Position numbers and translations under genes: made by a program. The notes under the pieces are model-generated. The model ran no database searches and was not told the origin of the DNA. It was given only the letters and a program-made list of their open reading frames with translations. From a bacterium (GTDB lineage: Bacteria > UBA10199 > 2-02-FULL-44-16 > JAAZCA01): a DNA stretch of 64,000 nt. Each line of letters starts with the position of its first letter. Positions within the stretch are counted from its first letter, which is position 1. The DNA lies in the NCBI GenBank assembly GCA_963674695.2, contig CAXXGI010000003.1:576001-640000 (forward strand), written 5' to 3'. Below are positions 1-8,870 of this stretch, one piece after another.

Positions 1-365
1 TCGCCGGCATGGCGGTGAACACGATTCTGCAGGGCCTGAACTACGATCTCGCCGCCAAGTCGATGAAGTATCAGGCCTCGATCGCGAACAAATACTATGA
101 AACGCAGGGGACAATCGCCGGGTATCAGAAGGAAGTGGCGATCGCACAGCTCGGCGTCCAGAAGGAAGGCATGGGGATCCAGCAGGAGATGCATGCCGCG
201 CAGCTCGATCACGAAAAGTCGATGGCGCGACTCGCAGGAAACACGCAGGCGCGTCTGAAGATGATCGAAGATCGCGGCAAGACGAACCGGGCCAAGATCC
301 TCACGGTGTCAAATGCGTTCGACCGCCGGGGCTGGAGCAACTACGGAACGCCGCGCGCGGCCTAA
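1..365 (+). CDS. Hypothetical Q/A/M-rich helical protein, probably 5'-truncated by the window edge
   Basis: Frame is open from the window start to the stop at 365. Helical composition; C-terminus FDRRGWSNYG resembles that of the next gene. Confidence 0.65.
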   Translation, partial: AGMAVNTILQGLNYDLAAKSMKYQASIANKYYETQGTIAGYQKEVAIAQLGVQKEGMGIQQEMHAAQLDHEKSMARLAGNTQARLKMIEDRGKTNRAKILTVSNAFDRRGWSNYGTPRAA

Positions 366-381
366 ATGAGAAGAGGTGTTT

Positions 382-1005
382 ATGATTTCGGGTGGAGTAA
401 TAAATTTTGAGGGTACGACCATTGCGGTCGATCCGACGGGCAACAGCGCAAGTATTGTCACCTGCAACGATACGGGAACGGCATCCATGTTTCAGGGAAG
501 CAATCAAACGGAAGCCGCATTTGCCTCAGAAAAAGCGTCCTGGAATGCTGCAGGAGGTGGATCTGGCGCTGAAGGCGCCTCCTCCGCCGGCGGCGCCTCT
601 GCCGGGATGTTTGCCTTTGGTGTCACGGTGGCGGGCTTTCAGACCCTCGGCGCAGCTATCGCCTATGGCCATCAAAAGTCGATGATGAAGACGCAGCACG
701 AGACGAAGATCATGGGATTCGACCACCAGGAGACGATGGCTGGGAAACAGAGGGATTCACAGCTCAACGACTTCAAGGAGCAGAAGGCCCGACAGACGAA
801 CGTCAAGGAGGCCAATACAAAGTATCTCGCCGCACAGCAGGAGCTGAAAAAAGCCCAGGGCAACAAGCAGATCTCGGCCGCCGAACTCAAAGAAGCGCGG
901 ATGACGAAGGCGACGGGGTCGACCGATAAGCGCGCGCTGGACAAGCTCTTCGATACGCGTGGAAAATACCGGTATGGCAACGCCGTCGTGCAAGGTCAGG
1001 CGTGA
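382..1005 (+). CDS. Hypothetical protein with Gly/Ala linker, hydrophobic segment and coiled coil
   Basis: AGAGG RBS before ATG 382 (ORF track starts at GTG 376). Hydrophobic stretch MFAFGVTVAGFQTLGAAIAY followed by a K/Q/E-rich helix; terminator follows. Confidence 0.75.
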   Translation: MISGGVINFEGTTIAVDPTGNSASIVTCNDTGTASMFQGSNQTEAAFASEKASWNAAGGGSGAEGASSAGGASAGMFAFGVTVAGFQTLGAAIAYGHQKSMMKTQHETKIMGFDHQETMAGKQRDSQLNDFKEQKARQTNVKEANTKYLAAQQELKKAQGNKQISAAELKEARMTKATGSTDKRALDKLFDTRGKYRYGNAVVQGQA

Positions 1006-1026
1006 ACGGATGCTGATAATCGAGAT

Positions 1027-1052
1027 CAAATGCCGCCTCTGGGCGGCATTTG
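1027..1052 (+). terminator. Hairpin, probable intrinsic terminator
   Basis: CAAATGCCGCC-tctg-GGCGGCATTTG perfect 11 bp stem just after the ORF end. Confidence 0.6.
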
Positions 1053-1076
1053 CATATGTGGGCAAAGACTCATGAT

Positions 1077-1164
1077 GTCATCCTGAGCGAGTCCGGGACG
1101 GGCGAGTCGAAGGATCTCATGAGATCCCTCCACTCCCTCGTTTCACTCGATCGGTCGGGATGAC
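1077..1164. repeat. REP-like family B (GTCATCCTGAGCGAGTCCGGG...GGGATGAC); other copies at 14393-14478 and 35240-35325
   Basis: Three similar intergenic copies with inverted termini and an internal GGATCTCATGAGATCC palindrome. Confidence 0.85.
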
Positions 1165-1194
1165 AACCAATATGCGATTGAATTATCTTTCAAT

Positions 1195-1223
1195 TTGACA
1201 CCACACAGGAAGATTCGTAAAAT
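1195..1223 (+). promoter_or_regulatory. Sigma70-type promoter
   Basis: TTGACA-17 bp-TAAAAT, ending 26 bp upstream of ATG 1250. Confidence 0.75.
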
Positions 1224-1249
1224 CAATATGTTACGAGCTAGGGGGATGC

Positions 1250-2029
1250 ATGGCCTTTGAACTGAACGACTTTAACGTCATGGAATACCTCTGGGAGACA
1301 CTGGCCAAGACCTCCGACGGCAAGCGCATTCGCTATTCCGCGGTCGATGTCGAGGAACTCTGGCGGATGGGGTTCGTCGATACGCAGCTGGTGAGTCTTG
1401 CCGAATGGAAGGCCGTCTTCGAACCACATCGAAAGGCGGACGGCTCCTATGAAGTGGGCAAGGGGGATTTCCTCGCCCTGGACCGCTATCGCTATAAGGG
1501 CGAGATTCGCATCCCCTTCGATGCGATGCAGATCAACGAGGGGAAATATACCGACGAGGGACTCGACGACCTCATCGCCGCTTCCATCGCCCCCTCCTGC
1601 GGGATGGGCTCCGACAAACTCAAATCCTTTTTCGACGATCTCAAGAATGAATTCCGCGACGCGGGCGGGCTCATCGAAATTCGCGGGACCGCCAAGGAGC
1701 GGATCAGGGCCCTGCTCGATGCGCACCCTTCTCCTCTGCGCAACCTCGAACTCCTGCTCGATCGCATGATCGAATCGGGAGAGGACGCCCTCTTCGCCGA
1801 GGGGATGGAGGTCGATGCGGTCACCATGCAGGCCGCCCGCGAGGTGCAGCATCAGGCCTCGTCGTTCAGCACCACGCCCACCACGCGCGCCGAAACCAAG
1901 GCGTCCGGGCTCAGGGCCTTGGAGAAAAGTCGCAAGAAGAAAGCAGCTGAAGTGCCCTCCCCCGGCGATGAGAAGGAGAAGGTCGACCTCGGAAAGCTCA
2001 AGCGTTCGAAACGTCGTATGCGGGGATGA
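1250..2029 (+). CDS. Hypothetical acidic protein with basic C-terminal tail
   Basis: 259 aa ORF with typical codon usage, RBS and own promoter; no family recognised. Confidence 0.8.
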   Translation: MAFELNDFNVMEYLWETLAKTSDGKRIRYSAVDVEELWRMGFVDTQLVSLAEWKAVFEPHRKADGSYEVGKGDFLALDRYRYKGEIRIPFDAMQINEGKYTDEGLDDLIAASIAPSCGMGSDKLKSFFDDLKNEFRDAGGLIEIRGTAKERIRALLDAHPSPLRNLELLLDRMIESGEDALFAEGMEVDAVTMQAAREVQHQASSFSTTPTTRAETKASGLRALEKSRKKKAAEVPSPGDEKEKVDLGKLKRSKRRMRG

Positions 2030-2061
2030 TACAGCAGACCATAGACCATGGACCATACGTT

Positions 2062-2210
2062 GTCATCCCCGCGAACGCGGGAATGACAAAGCCGAGTCCA
2101 TCGAGATTCCCGCGTTCGCGGGAATGACAAAGCCAAGTCCATCGAGATTCCCGCGTTCGCGGGAATGACAAAGCCAAGTCCATCGAGATTCCCGCGTTCA
2201 CGGGAATGAC
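2062..2210. repeat. REP-like family A unit amplified into a 41 bp tandem array
   Basis: CGGGAATGACA recurs at 2078, 2119, 2160 and 2201 with near-identical linkers. Confidence 0.9.
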
Positions 2211-2221
2211 ACAACTCTTTC

Positions 2222-2569
2222 CTACATCGATTTTGATTCCGGCTCTGACTTGGTCTCTGAAATCTGTCTCACAACGGAGAGTTCGCGTTCGAGCTGGCGG
2301 ATCTTCTTGTTCTTGGAGCGCAGCTCGAGCGTCTTATAGAGCGAGGGCAAGGCTTCGATGATGGCGATAGCCACCATGCCGCTGCAAAAGCTGATGAGCA
2401 GCACAAACCCCATCGGGATCGGAACCGAACGCAGGGAGAAGATATAGGGAATGGAAAAGCTGAAGACGACCTTGTAGCCCAGCGCTGCATCGCCCAGGTT
2501 GCAGTAGATGAAGTTGAGCAGCATGAAGAAGAGCAGCGCCATGATGAGCGCAAAGACCAATCGTTTCAT
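2222..2569 (-). CDS. LapA-family membrane protein
   Basis: Two TM segments plus C-terminal coiled coil; downstream of ihfB/HIT. Confidence 0.65.
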   Translation of the reverse strand: MKRLVFALIMALLFFMLLNFIYCNLGDAALGYKVVFSFSIPYIFSLRSVPIPMGFVLLISFCSGMVAIAIIEALPSLYKTLELRSKNKKIRQLERELSVVRQISETKSEPESKSM

Positions 2570-3090
2570 CGGGAGCCTCCTGATTCCTGCATTGACTTCG
2601 CCATGTCGTTGAATCCCTCTACCAAACGATCATAAGTGTTGGCAAGGTACTCCGGCATCGAGCGCGTATCGCCGAGGATCGGTAGAAAATTGGTGTCGCC
2701 GCACCAGCGCGGAACGACGTGCAGATGCACATGATCGGCGATCCCTGCGCCGGCGACTTTGCCGATGTTGAAGCCGCAATTGAATCCCTCGGCTTCAATC
2801 CTCTCTTCCATGATGGCGACGGACTTCGCCGCAAGCGCCATCATCTCGGCGTTTTCTTCCCCAGAGAGATCGGAGAGCTTTCCCGTGTGCTGATACGGGA
2901 TGATCATCAGGTGGCCGTTGTTGTAGGGAAAGCGGTTCATCAGGACATAACAGGTTGTGCCGCGATGCAGGATGAGACGATCACGATCTTGGTCAGTTTG
3001 TTGCACCAGCTCACAGAAGATACAGCCACTGCTCTTGTCGCGCAGCTCCTCGATGAACTGCATGCGCCATGGTGCCCACAACTGGTTCAT
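2566..3090 (-). CDS. HIT-family hydrolase
   Basis: LWAPWR, CIFC, YNNGHLM and HVHLHVVPR motifs. Confidence 0.95.
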   Translation of the reverse strand: MNQLWAPWRMQFIEELRDKSSGCIFCELVQQTDQDRDRLILHRGTTCYVLMNRFPYNNGHLMIIPYQHTGKLSDLSGEENAEMMALAAKSVAIMEERIEAEGFNCGFNIGKVAGAGIADHVHLHVVPRWCGDTNFLPILGDTRSMPEYLANTYDRLVEGFNDMAKSMQESGGSR

Positions 3091-3374
3091 GCGGTATCTC
3101 CGTTGACGCGTTCGCGTAGTTCCTTGCCGACTTTGAAGAACGGCACGCGCCGCTGGCCGACTTCGACCGCCATGCCGGTCTTGGGGTTGCGACCGATACG
3201 CGGTTTGCGCGTGCGCACTTCAAAGCTTCCAAACCCGCGAATTTCAATTCGGTCATCTCGGCAGAGAGCGTCCGTCATGCTCTCAAAGATCGTGTTGACG
3301 ATGACTTCAACATCGCGCGCCGCCAGATTGGGGAGTCTCTTCGCCAACAATTCGATCAGGTCGCTCTTGTTCAA
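3087..3374 (-). CDS. ihfB: Integration host factor subunit beta
   Basis: TTG start after AAAGGAGG; NKSDLIE...RIEIRGFGSF...GRNPKTG...FKVGKELRERVN. Confidence 0.93.
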   Translation of the reverse strand: MNKSDLIELLAKRLPNLAARDVEVIVNTIFESMTDALCRDDRIEIRGFGSFEVRTRKPRIGRNPKTGMAVEVGQRRVPFFKVGKELRERVNGDTA

Positions 3375-3390
3375 GGCCTTCCTCCTTTCG

Positions 3391-4284
3391 TTACCGCAAC
3401 GCGCTCGTCGTGGGTTGCGGAACCGATGATGCCTGCACACCGGCCATCTCGCGAACGAGCACCTTCGCTTCGGTGAAGAGGTGCTCGATCCACGGATGCC
3501 GTTTTTTCGGATAGATGAGATGAGGCATCCCCTCGATGTGGGCAAGTTCGCCCGCTCGATTGATCGCCTCGGAAAGTCCGCCGAGGGTGTCGACCAATTT
3601 GAGATGCTGTGCTTCTTCACCGGTGACGATACGGCCATCGGCGATCGTTTCCAGATCTTCCATCGGAATATTGCGCGCGGTCGAAACGGCTTGCTTGAAC
3701 TGCACATGGATCTGCTCGAGCATCGCTTCGAGAATGACACGCGCCTCTGGAGAGATGGGCGCATCGATCGGCATCATGTCTTTGAATTGCCCACTCTTGA
3801 GCGTCTCGTGCTGAACCTTCGCCCACTTGAGCAGATCGCCGATCATAATATGTTCGAGGCGCACGCCGATCGAACCCGTGATCGTTCCCGCATTGGCGAA
3901 GATCTCGGTGGCACCGAGCGCGACATAATAGCCGCCGCTGGCGGCGACCGATCCCATCGACGCGATCACCGGTTTTTTCTTGGCGAGGATGCGAATGGCC
4001 TCGAGGATCTCCTGCGAAGCAGCGACCGAGCCACCAGGAGACTGGATGCGCAGGATGACGGCACTGACATTGTCGTCTTCGAGGAAGTCGTTCGCCTGGC
4101 GGACGGTCTCGTCGGAGGTGAGAATCGTTCCGGCGACGGTGATAACGCCAACGCCGCTCCTGTCGAAGAAGGACGTCTGCGTCTGACCCGACCGGGAGAG
4201 AAAATAGACCATCATCCCGAAGAGAAATGATCCTCCCAACAGGACGACGGCAATCAGAGTAATGATGAGCCCCTTGTGTCGCAT
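3391..4284 (-). CDS. sppA: Signal peptide peptidase SppA
   Basis: SPGG, AASGGYY and TGSIGV motifs; rpsA-sppA-ihfB synteny. Confidence 0.93.
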   Translation of the reverse strand: MRHKGLIITLIAVVLLGGSFLFGMMVYFLSRSGQTQTSFFDRSGVGVITVAGTILTSDETVRQANDFLEDDNVSAVILRIQSPGGSVAASQEILEAIRILAKKKPVIASMGSVAASGGYYVALGATEIFANAGTITGSIGVRLEHIMIGDLLKWAKVQHETLKSGQFKDMMPIDAPISPEARVILEAMLEQIHVQFKQAVSTARNIPMEDLETIADGRIVTGEEAQHLKLVDTLGGLSEAINRAGELAHIEGMPHLIYPKKRHPWIEHLFTEAKVLVREMAGVQASSVPQPTTSALR

Positions 4285-4331
4285 GGGCTAAGTCCCCCGG
4301 GACGGATCGTCAAGCGTGACGCTGAAGCACC

Positions 4332-6032
4332 CTACTCAACCGTCGTTTCGTCTGCTTCTTCAGCTTTTGCTTCTTCCACGACGGGTTCCTTCGGCTCGTC
4401 CGTTTCTTCAGCCTTCACTTCTTCCACGACGGGTTCCTTCGCAACGACGGCCTTGGTCACCGCGACGATTCCCAATGTGAAATGACGATCGCGGGGGTTG
4501 GTTTCGGCGACAGCGATATCGAGCTCAGCGCCAACGCCCACACCTTCCGGGCAATCCTTCTTCGGGACGAGTCCCTCGACACCCTCTTCGAGTTTGACGA
4601 TGGCGCCCACTTCGTTCATCCGGACGACCTCTCCCTTGGCCTTGGTGCCTTCGGTGTAGGATTCATGGATGCGATCCCAGGGATCATCCTGAAGCTGCTT
4701 CAGGCCAAGCGAGAAACGCTCGTTGTCGGGATCGACGTGCAGCACGACCGCTTCGACTTCGTCGCCCTTGTTGAAGAGCTCCGAGGGATGCGCGAAGTTC
4801 TGCACCCACGTGATGTCGGAGATGTGGATCATACCGTCGATTTCGCCACCCACTTCGGCGAAGACGCCGAAATCGGCGATGTTGCGCACGGTTCCGGTCA
4901 CCTTGCTCCCGATCGGGAATTTCTCTTCGAGATGCTCCCACGGATTGGGCTCGGTCTGCTTGAGTCCCAGCGAAATGCGCTTCTGATCGATATCGACGTC
5001 CAGGACGATCGCGTCGACGGCATCGCTCGCCTTGAGGACCTTCGAGGGATGCTTGACCTTCTTCGTCCAGCTCATCTCAGAGACGTGGATGAGCCCCTCG
5101 ATGCCCTCATCGAGCTCGACGAAGGCGCCGTAGTCGGTGAGGTTGACCACCTTGCCCGACACGCGCGAGCCGACCGGATAGCGCGATTCGACATCGGTCC
5201 AGGGATCTTCTTTGAGCTGCTTGAGCCCCAGGCTCACCTTCTCGCTCTCGGAATCGAACTTGAGGACCACGACGCGGATGTCGTCGCCCACCGAGAACAT
5301 CTCGGAGGGATGGTTGATGCGACCCCAGCTCATGTCGGTGACATGCAGCAGGCCGTCGATGCCACCCAGATCGACGAAGACGCCGTATTCGGTGACGTTC
5401 TTGACCACGCCGTCGAAGACCTGACCCTCGGCCAGATTCGCCAGCGTTGCCTCGCGCATCTTGGAGCGCTCTTTCTCCAGGATGACTTTACGGGAGAGCA
5501 CCACATTTCCACGGCGCTTGTTGAGTTTGATAATTTTGAAGGGATAGGTGTTGCCCACATATTTGTCGAGATTGCGTGCCGGGCGAAGATCGACCTGCGA
5601 GGCCGGAAGAAAGGCCCGCACGCCGATGTCGACGGAGAGCCCGCCCTTCACCTTGGAGACGATCATGCCGTCGATGACGCCATCGTTTTCGCTGACATCC
5701 GCGAGGCGATCCCAGGTGCGCATGGCATCCGCGCGTTCCTTGGAGAGCACCATATTTCCCTGATCGTTCTCGATCGACTCGAGCAGGACGTCGATCTCCG
5801 TGCCTGCCTCGGCATTCACTTCACCGCGCGGGCTTTTGAACTCTTCGATCGGGATCTGACCTTCGGACTTAAACCCGATGTCGATGATGACGAAATCGCG
5901 GGTGACGCCGACGATCTTACCCTTGATGATCTGCCCCTCTTTGAGCTGGACCTTCTGCGACCGCTCTTCGAAGAGCTGGCCAAACTCGCTCTGCCTCTGC
6001 TTTTCGGTTGGTTCGATATGAAGTGCACACAT
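4332..6032 (-). CDS. rpsA: 30S ribosomal protein S1
   Basis: Repeated S1 domains (YGVFVDLGGIDGLLHVTDMSW etc.). Confidence 0.98.
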   Translation of the reverse strand: MCALHIEPTEKQRQSEFGQLFEERSQKVQLKEGQIIKGKIVGVTRDFVIIDIGFKSEGQIPIEEFKSPRGEVNAEAGTEIDVLLESIENDQGNMVLSKERADAMRTWDRLADVSENDGVIDGMIVSKVKGGLSVDIGVRAFLPASQVDLRPARNLDKYVGNTYPFKIIKLNKRRGNVVLSRKVILEKERSKMREATLANLAEGQVFDGVVKNVTEYGVFVDLGGIDGLLHVTDMSWGRINHPSEMFSVGDDIRVVVLKFDSESEKVSLGLKQLKEDPWTDVESRYPVGSRVSGKVVNLTDYGAFVELDEGIEGLIHVSEMSWTKKVKHPSKVLKASDAVDAIVLDVDIDQKRISLGLKQTEPNPWEHLEEKFPIGSKVTGTVRNIADFGVFAEVGGEIDGMIHISDITWVQNFAHPSELFNKGDEVEAVVLHVDPDNERFSLGLKQLQDDPWDRIHESYTEGTKAKGEVVRMNEVGAIVKLEEGVEGLVPKKDCPEGVGVGAELDIAVAETNPRDRHFTLGIVAVTKAVVAKEPVVEEVKAEETDEPKEPVVEEAKAEEADETTVE

Positions 6033-6101
6033 AGACGTAAATCTCCTTTTTCCCTTTAGATTTTAGGAGGTTGAAAGGAACCCTCCCAGAAGGGCTCGCG
6101 G

Positions 6102-6129
6102 AACATAGAGATCCGGCCCCTTTTTGTCA
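6102..6129 (-). promoter_or_regulatory. Sigma70-like promoter of rpsA
   Basis: TTGACA-16 bp-TATGTT on the minus strand. Confidence 0.5.
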
Positions 6130-6317
6130 AAGGATTTCTGTTGAATCTCGGGTGGTTATTGGCGTCCGGCCGAGATAGCGGTCATCTGGCGAGTTAGGTC
6201 ATGCCCAATGGAAAAAGGCTCGCACAAGGGGGCAAAATTGGATACCGTGACGGGCCTCACCGGGAGGCTATCGCCCCCTGACGGGATATGAGATAAAGCA
6301 TGAAGGGAGAGGTGTAT

Positions 6318-7370
6318 ATGACCGATAATAAAGAGGTATCCATACTCGATGTGACCATTCGTGATGGAAGCTATGCCATCGATTATCAATACCGTCCCGA
6401 GCAGGTCGCGGGAATCGCCGCTGCCCTCGACGCCGCCGGCATCGATTATATAGAGGTCAGCCATGGATGTGGGCTGGGCGCGGGCAGATTTCCGGGGCTG
6501 GCTGCCGCGGCGACCGATCTCGACTATGTGCGTGCGGCAAAGACCGCCGTGAAAAGCGCCGGCATCGGGGTGATCGCCACCCCGCCGATCGTCACGCGTC
6601 CCGAGGATGTCGAGGCGATCATCGATGAGGTGGACTTCATCCGATTTGCGGCAAACGCCAACACCCCGGAGACGGCCGAGGCGAGTATCGCGGCGGTGAA
6701 ACAGCGGCGCAGCAAGCTTCCCGTCTTCTTTCAAATGATGCGTTCGACGCGTCTTCGGCCCGAGGCGATGGTCACCGCAGCAAAACGGGTCGAGGAGATG
6801 GGCGCGGATCTGCTCTATATCGTCGATACGGCCGGACACTTTCTGCCTGAGGAGGTCGCCGACCTCGTGGCGCAGATCACCGATGCGGTCGATATCGGCG
6901 TCGGATTTCACGGCCACAATAATCTCGGGATGGCCATCGCCAATACGGTGGCAGCGGTCGAGGCCGGTGCGACCTCCATCGATGCCAGCCTTCGGGGCAT
7001 GGGTCGCGCGGCGGGCAACGCGCAGCTCGAAGCGGTCGTCTCGCTCCTGCAACGACGGGGTTTTGCTCAACAGGTCGACCTGGATCGCCTGGTTCGAGCA
7101 GGCGAGGAGCTCGTGGCGCCGGTCATGCCGCCTGCGCAGGGCATTGCATCCATGGATCTTTTGCTCGCCGATGCCAATATCGACCTCTACCCGCTCGCGC
7201 CCATCCAGCGCATCGCCGAGATCGCGGGGGTCGATTTCATGGCCTTCGTCCGCACGTTGGCGCAGGATGAGGAGCTCGTCGAGACCACGCCCGAGTGCAT
7301 CCTTCGTGCCCTCACCGCGATGGGGGCAGACGCGACGGCCGTTCTTAAACAGGTTGGATGGATTACGTAG
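6318..7370 (+). CDS. DmpG-like / HMGL-family (DRE-TIM) aldolase
   Basis: DVTIRDG, GFHGHNNLG and GMGRAAGN motifs; GAGG RBS before ATG 6318. Confidence 0.85.
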   Translation: MTDNKEVSILDVTIRDGSYAIDYQYRPEQVAGIAAALDAAGIDYIEVSHGCGLGAGRFPGLAAAATDLDYVRAAKTAVKSAGIGVIATPPIVTRPEDVEAIIDEVDFIRFAANANTPETAEASIAAVKQRRSKLPVFFQMMRSTRLRPEAMVTAAKRVEEMGADLLYIVDTAGHFLPEEVADLVAQITDAVDIGVGFHGHNNLGMAIANTVAAVEAGATSIDASLRGMGRAAGNAQLEAVVSLLQRRGFAQQVDLDRLVRAGEELVAPVMPPAQGIASMDLLLADANIDLYPLAPIQRIAEIAGVDFMAFVRTLAQDEELVETTPECILRALTAMGADATAVLKQVGWIT

Positions 7371-7500
7371 AGCCTGTCGGGAAAAGAGTTTTTGCTGTCA
7401 TTCCCGAGGAGTCGGGAATCTCGAAGTACTTGAAAAATCGAGATTCCCGCTTTCGCGGGAATGACAAAAATCGGTATAATCGTCATTTCCCGACAGGCTC
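7370..7500. mobile_element. MITE with GAGCCTGTCGGGAAA terminal inverted repeats, carrying a REP-A pair
   Basis: Perfect TIRs, flanking TACGTA direct repeat; a matching end occurs at ~56365-56437. Confidence 0.8.
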
Positions 7501-8678
7501 TACGTAAGGGCGGTGCAGACCGTATCGACATCGGCTTCCGAGAGGCGCGTATGAAACGGCAGCATGGCGAAGCGGTCGGCCACGGCGTCGGTCTTCGGCA
7601 AGGTTTCTGTTGAGGCGTCATGATGGGTGAACCACATCCCCATCTCGATGCCCTGCTGCTGATGCAGTCGCTCGGCGAGCGCGGTGCGATGGCGCACCAA
7701 CACCATATAATGTGTCAGGACGGTCTCGTCATCGACGGCCTGCACGACGATATCGCCGGATTGCACCAAACCTTCCAGCCGTTGATCATACCACTGCTTG
7801 AGTTGCCGTCTCTTGGCGAAGAGTTCCTCGCGCCGCTCGAGCTGCGCCAGGGCGATGGCGGCACTCAAATCGTTCATCTTGAAGTTTCCCCCGCGACTGA
7901 CGATCTCGCGGCCGGTCTTGAGGTTCACGCCCTGATAAGCCGCCGTGAGGATGTTCCCGGCAATCTCCGGATCGTTGGCCGTCACGATTCCCCCGCCGAG
8001 CCCGGAGATGATCTTGGAGGTGGCCAGCGAAAAGACGGTGGCGCCCATCGGGCCCCTGTTGACCATGCCGGGTCGGACGCCGTCGTGCGTCGAGGCGATG
8101 GCCAGCGAGGCATCCTGGATGAGCGAGAGCCCCTTCTTTGCGCCGGCGATGATCGAGGCATAGGGCGAAGGATCCACATAGCGATTCACATGCGTGAGCA
8201 GGATGGCGCGCGTCTTTTTCGAGACGGCCTCCCCCGCCGCCTGCGGATCCATGCACCAGGAGTCCTCGTCGATATCGACGAATCGGGGGATGGCCCCCGC
8301 AAGGAGGATAGCGTTGATGACCCCGGTATAGTTGAGCGAGGTCGTGATGACCTCGCCGCCGGCGCATCCGGCCGCGATGAGCGCCGAGGCAAGCCCGCCG
8401 GTGGCCGAGGCCACGCCGCCGCTGTAGGCCCCCCAGTTCGCCGGGGTCGGTTTGGGCAAGTGGTCGATGACGAACGCGGGCAGCGGATCGGGCATCTCCG
8501 AGAGGAACTGCGAAAACGCTGTGGCGAGATTCGTCACCGATGAGTTGGGCATGATACGAAAGGCGACGTTGGCCTGTGCGTCGGGATCGGAGAGGATTTT
8601 TTCAACCGCGGCGATAGCCGGCGAGTGTTTCGGATCAGGGTCGATATCGGGATGGATGAGCGTAATCGGTTTGGTCAT
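7500..8678 (-). CDS. DegT/DnrJ/EryC1/StrS PLP aminotransferase
   Basis: GAIPRFVDID, IQDAS, FSLATSK (PLP lysine), NFKMNDLSAAIALAQL. Confidence 0.85.
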   Translation of the reverse strand: MTKPITLIHPDIDPDPKHSPAIAAVEKILSDPDAQANVAFRIMPNSSVTNLATAFSQFLSEMPDPLPAFVIDHLPKPTPANWGAYSGGVASATGGLASALIAAGCAGGEVITTSLNYTGVINAILLAGAIPRFVDIDEDSWCMDPQAAGEAVSKKTRAILLTHVNRYVDPSPYASIIAGAKKGLSLIQDASLAIASTHDGVRPGMVNRGPMGATVFSLATSKIISGLGGGIVTANDPEIAGNILTAAYQGVNLKTGREIVSRGGNFKMNDLSAAIALAQLERREELFAKRRQLKQWYDQRLEGLVQSGDIVVQAVDDETVLTHYMVLVRHRTALAERLHQQQGIEMGMWFTHHDASTETLPKTDAVADRFAMLPFHTRLSEADVDTVCTALT

Positions 8679-8870
8679 GGTGACCTCAGTTTCGGGAAGC
8701 GTCGACGAGGCGCCTTCCGGGAATGACAACATGCGGCGCAAATGCTTCGCAGTGCTTGTCCTATCATATTCACCCGATAATATCGAGGGTCTCGCGTTCG
8801 TTCGTCTGGCCTTTTCCCTCATGTTTGAGTAGAGTGGCGTTCATTATAGGGGCAACGAAAGGAGATCGGC

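Noticed and set aside
2062-2210. Possible CRISPR array
   Set aside because: The spacers are near-identical and short, the repeat is the dispersed REP-A hairpin, and no cas genes are present.
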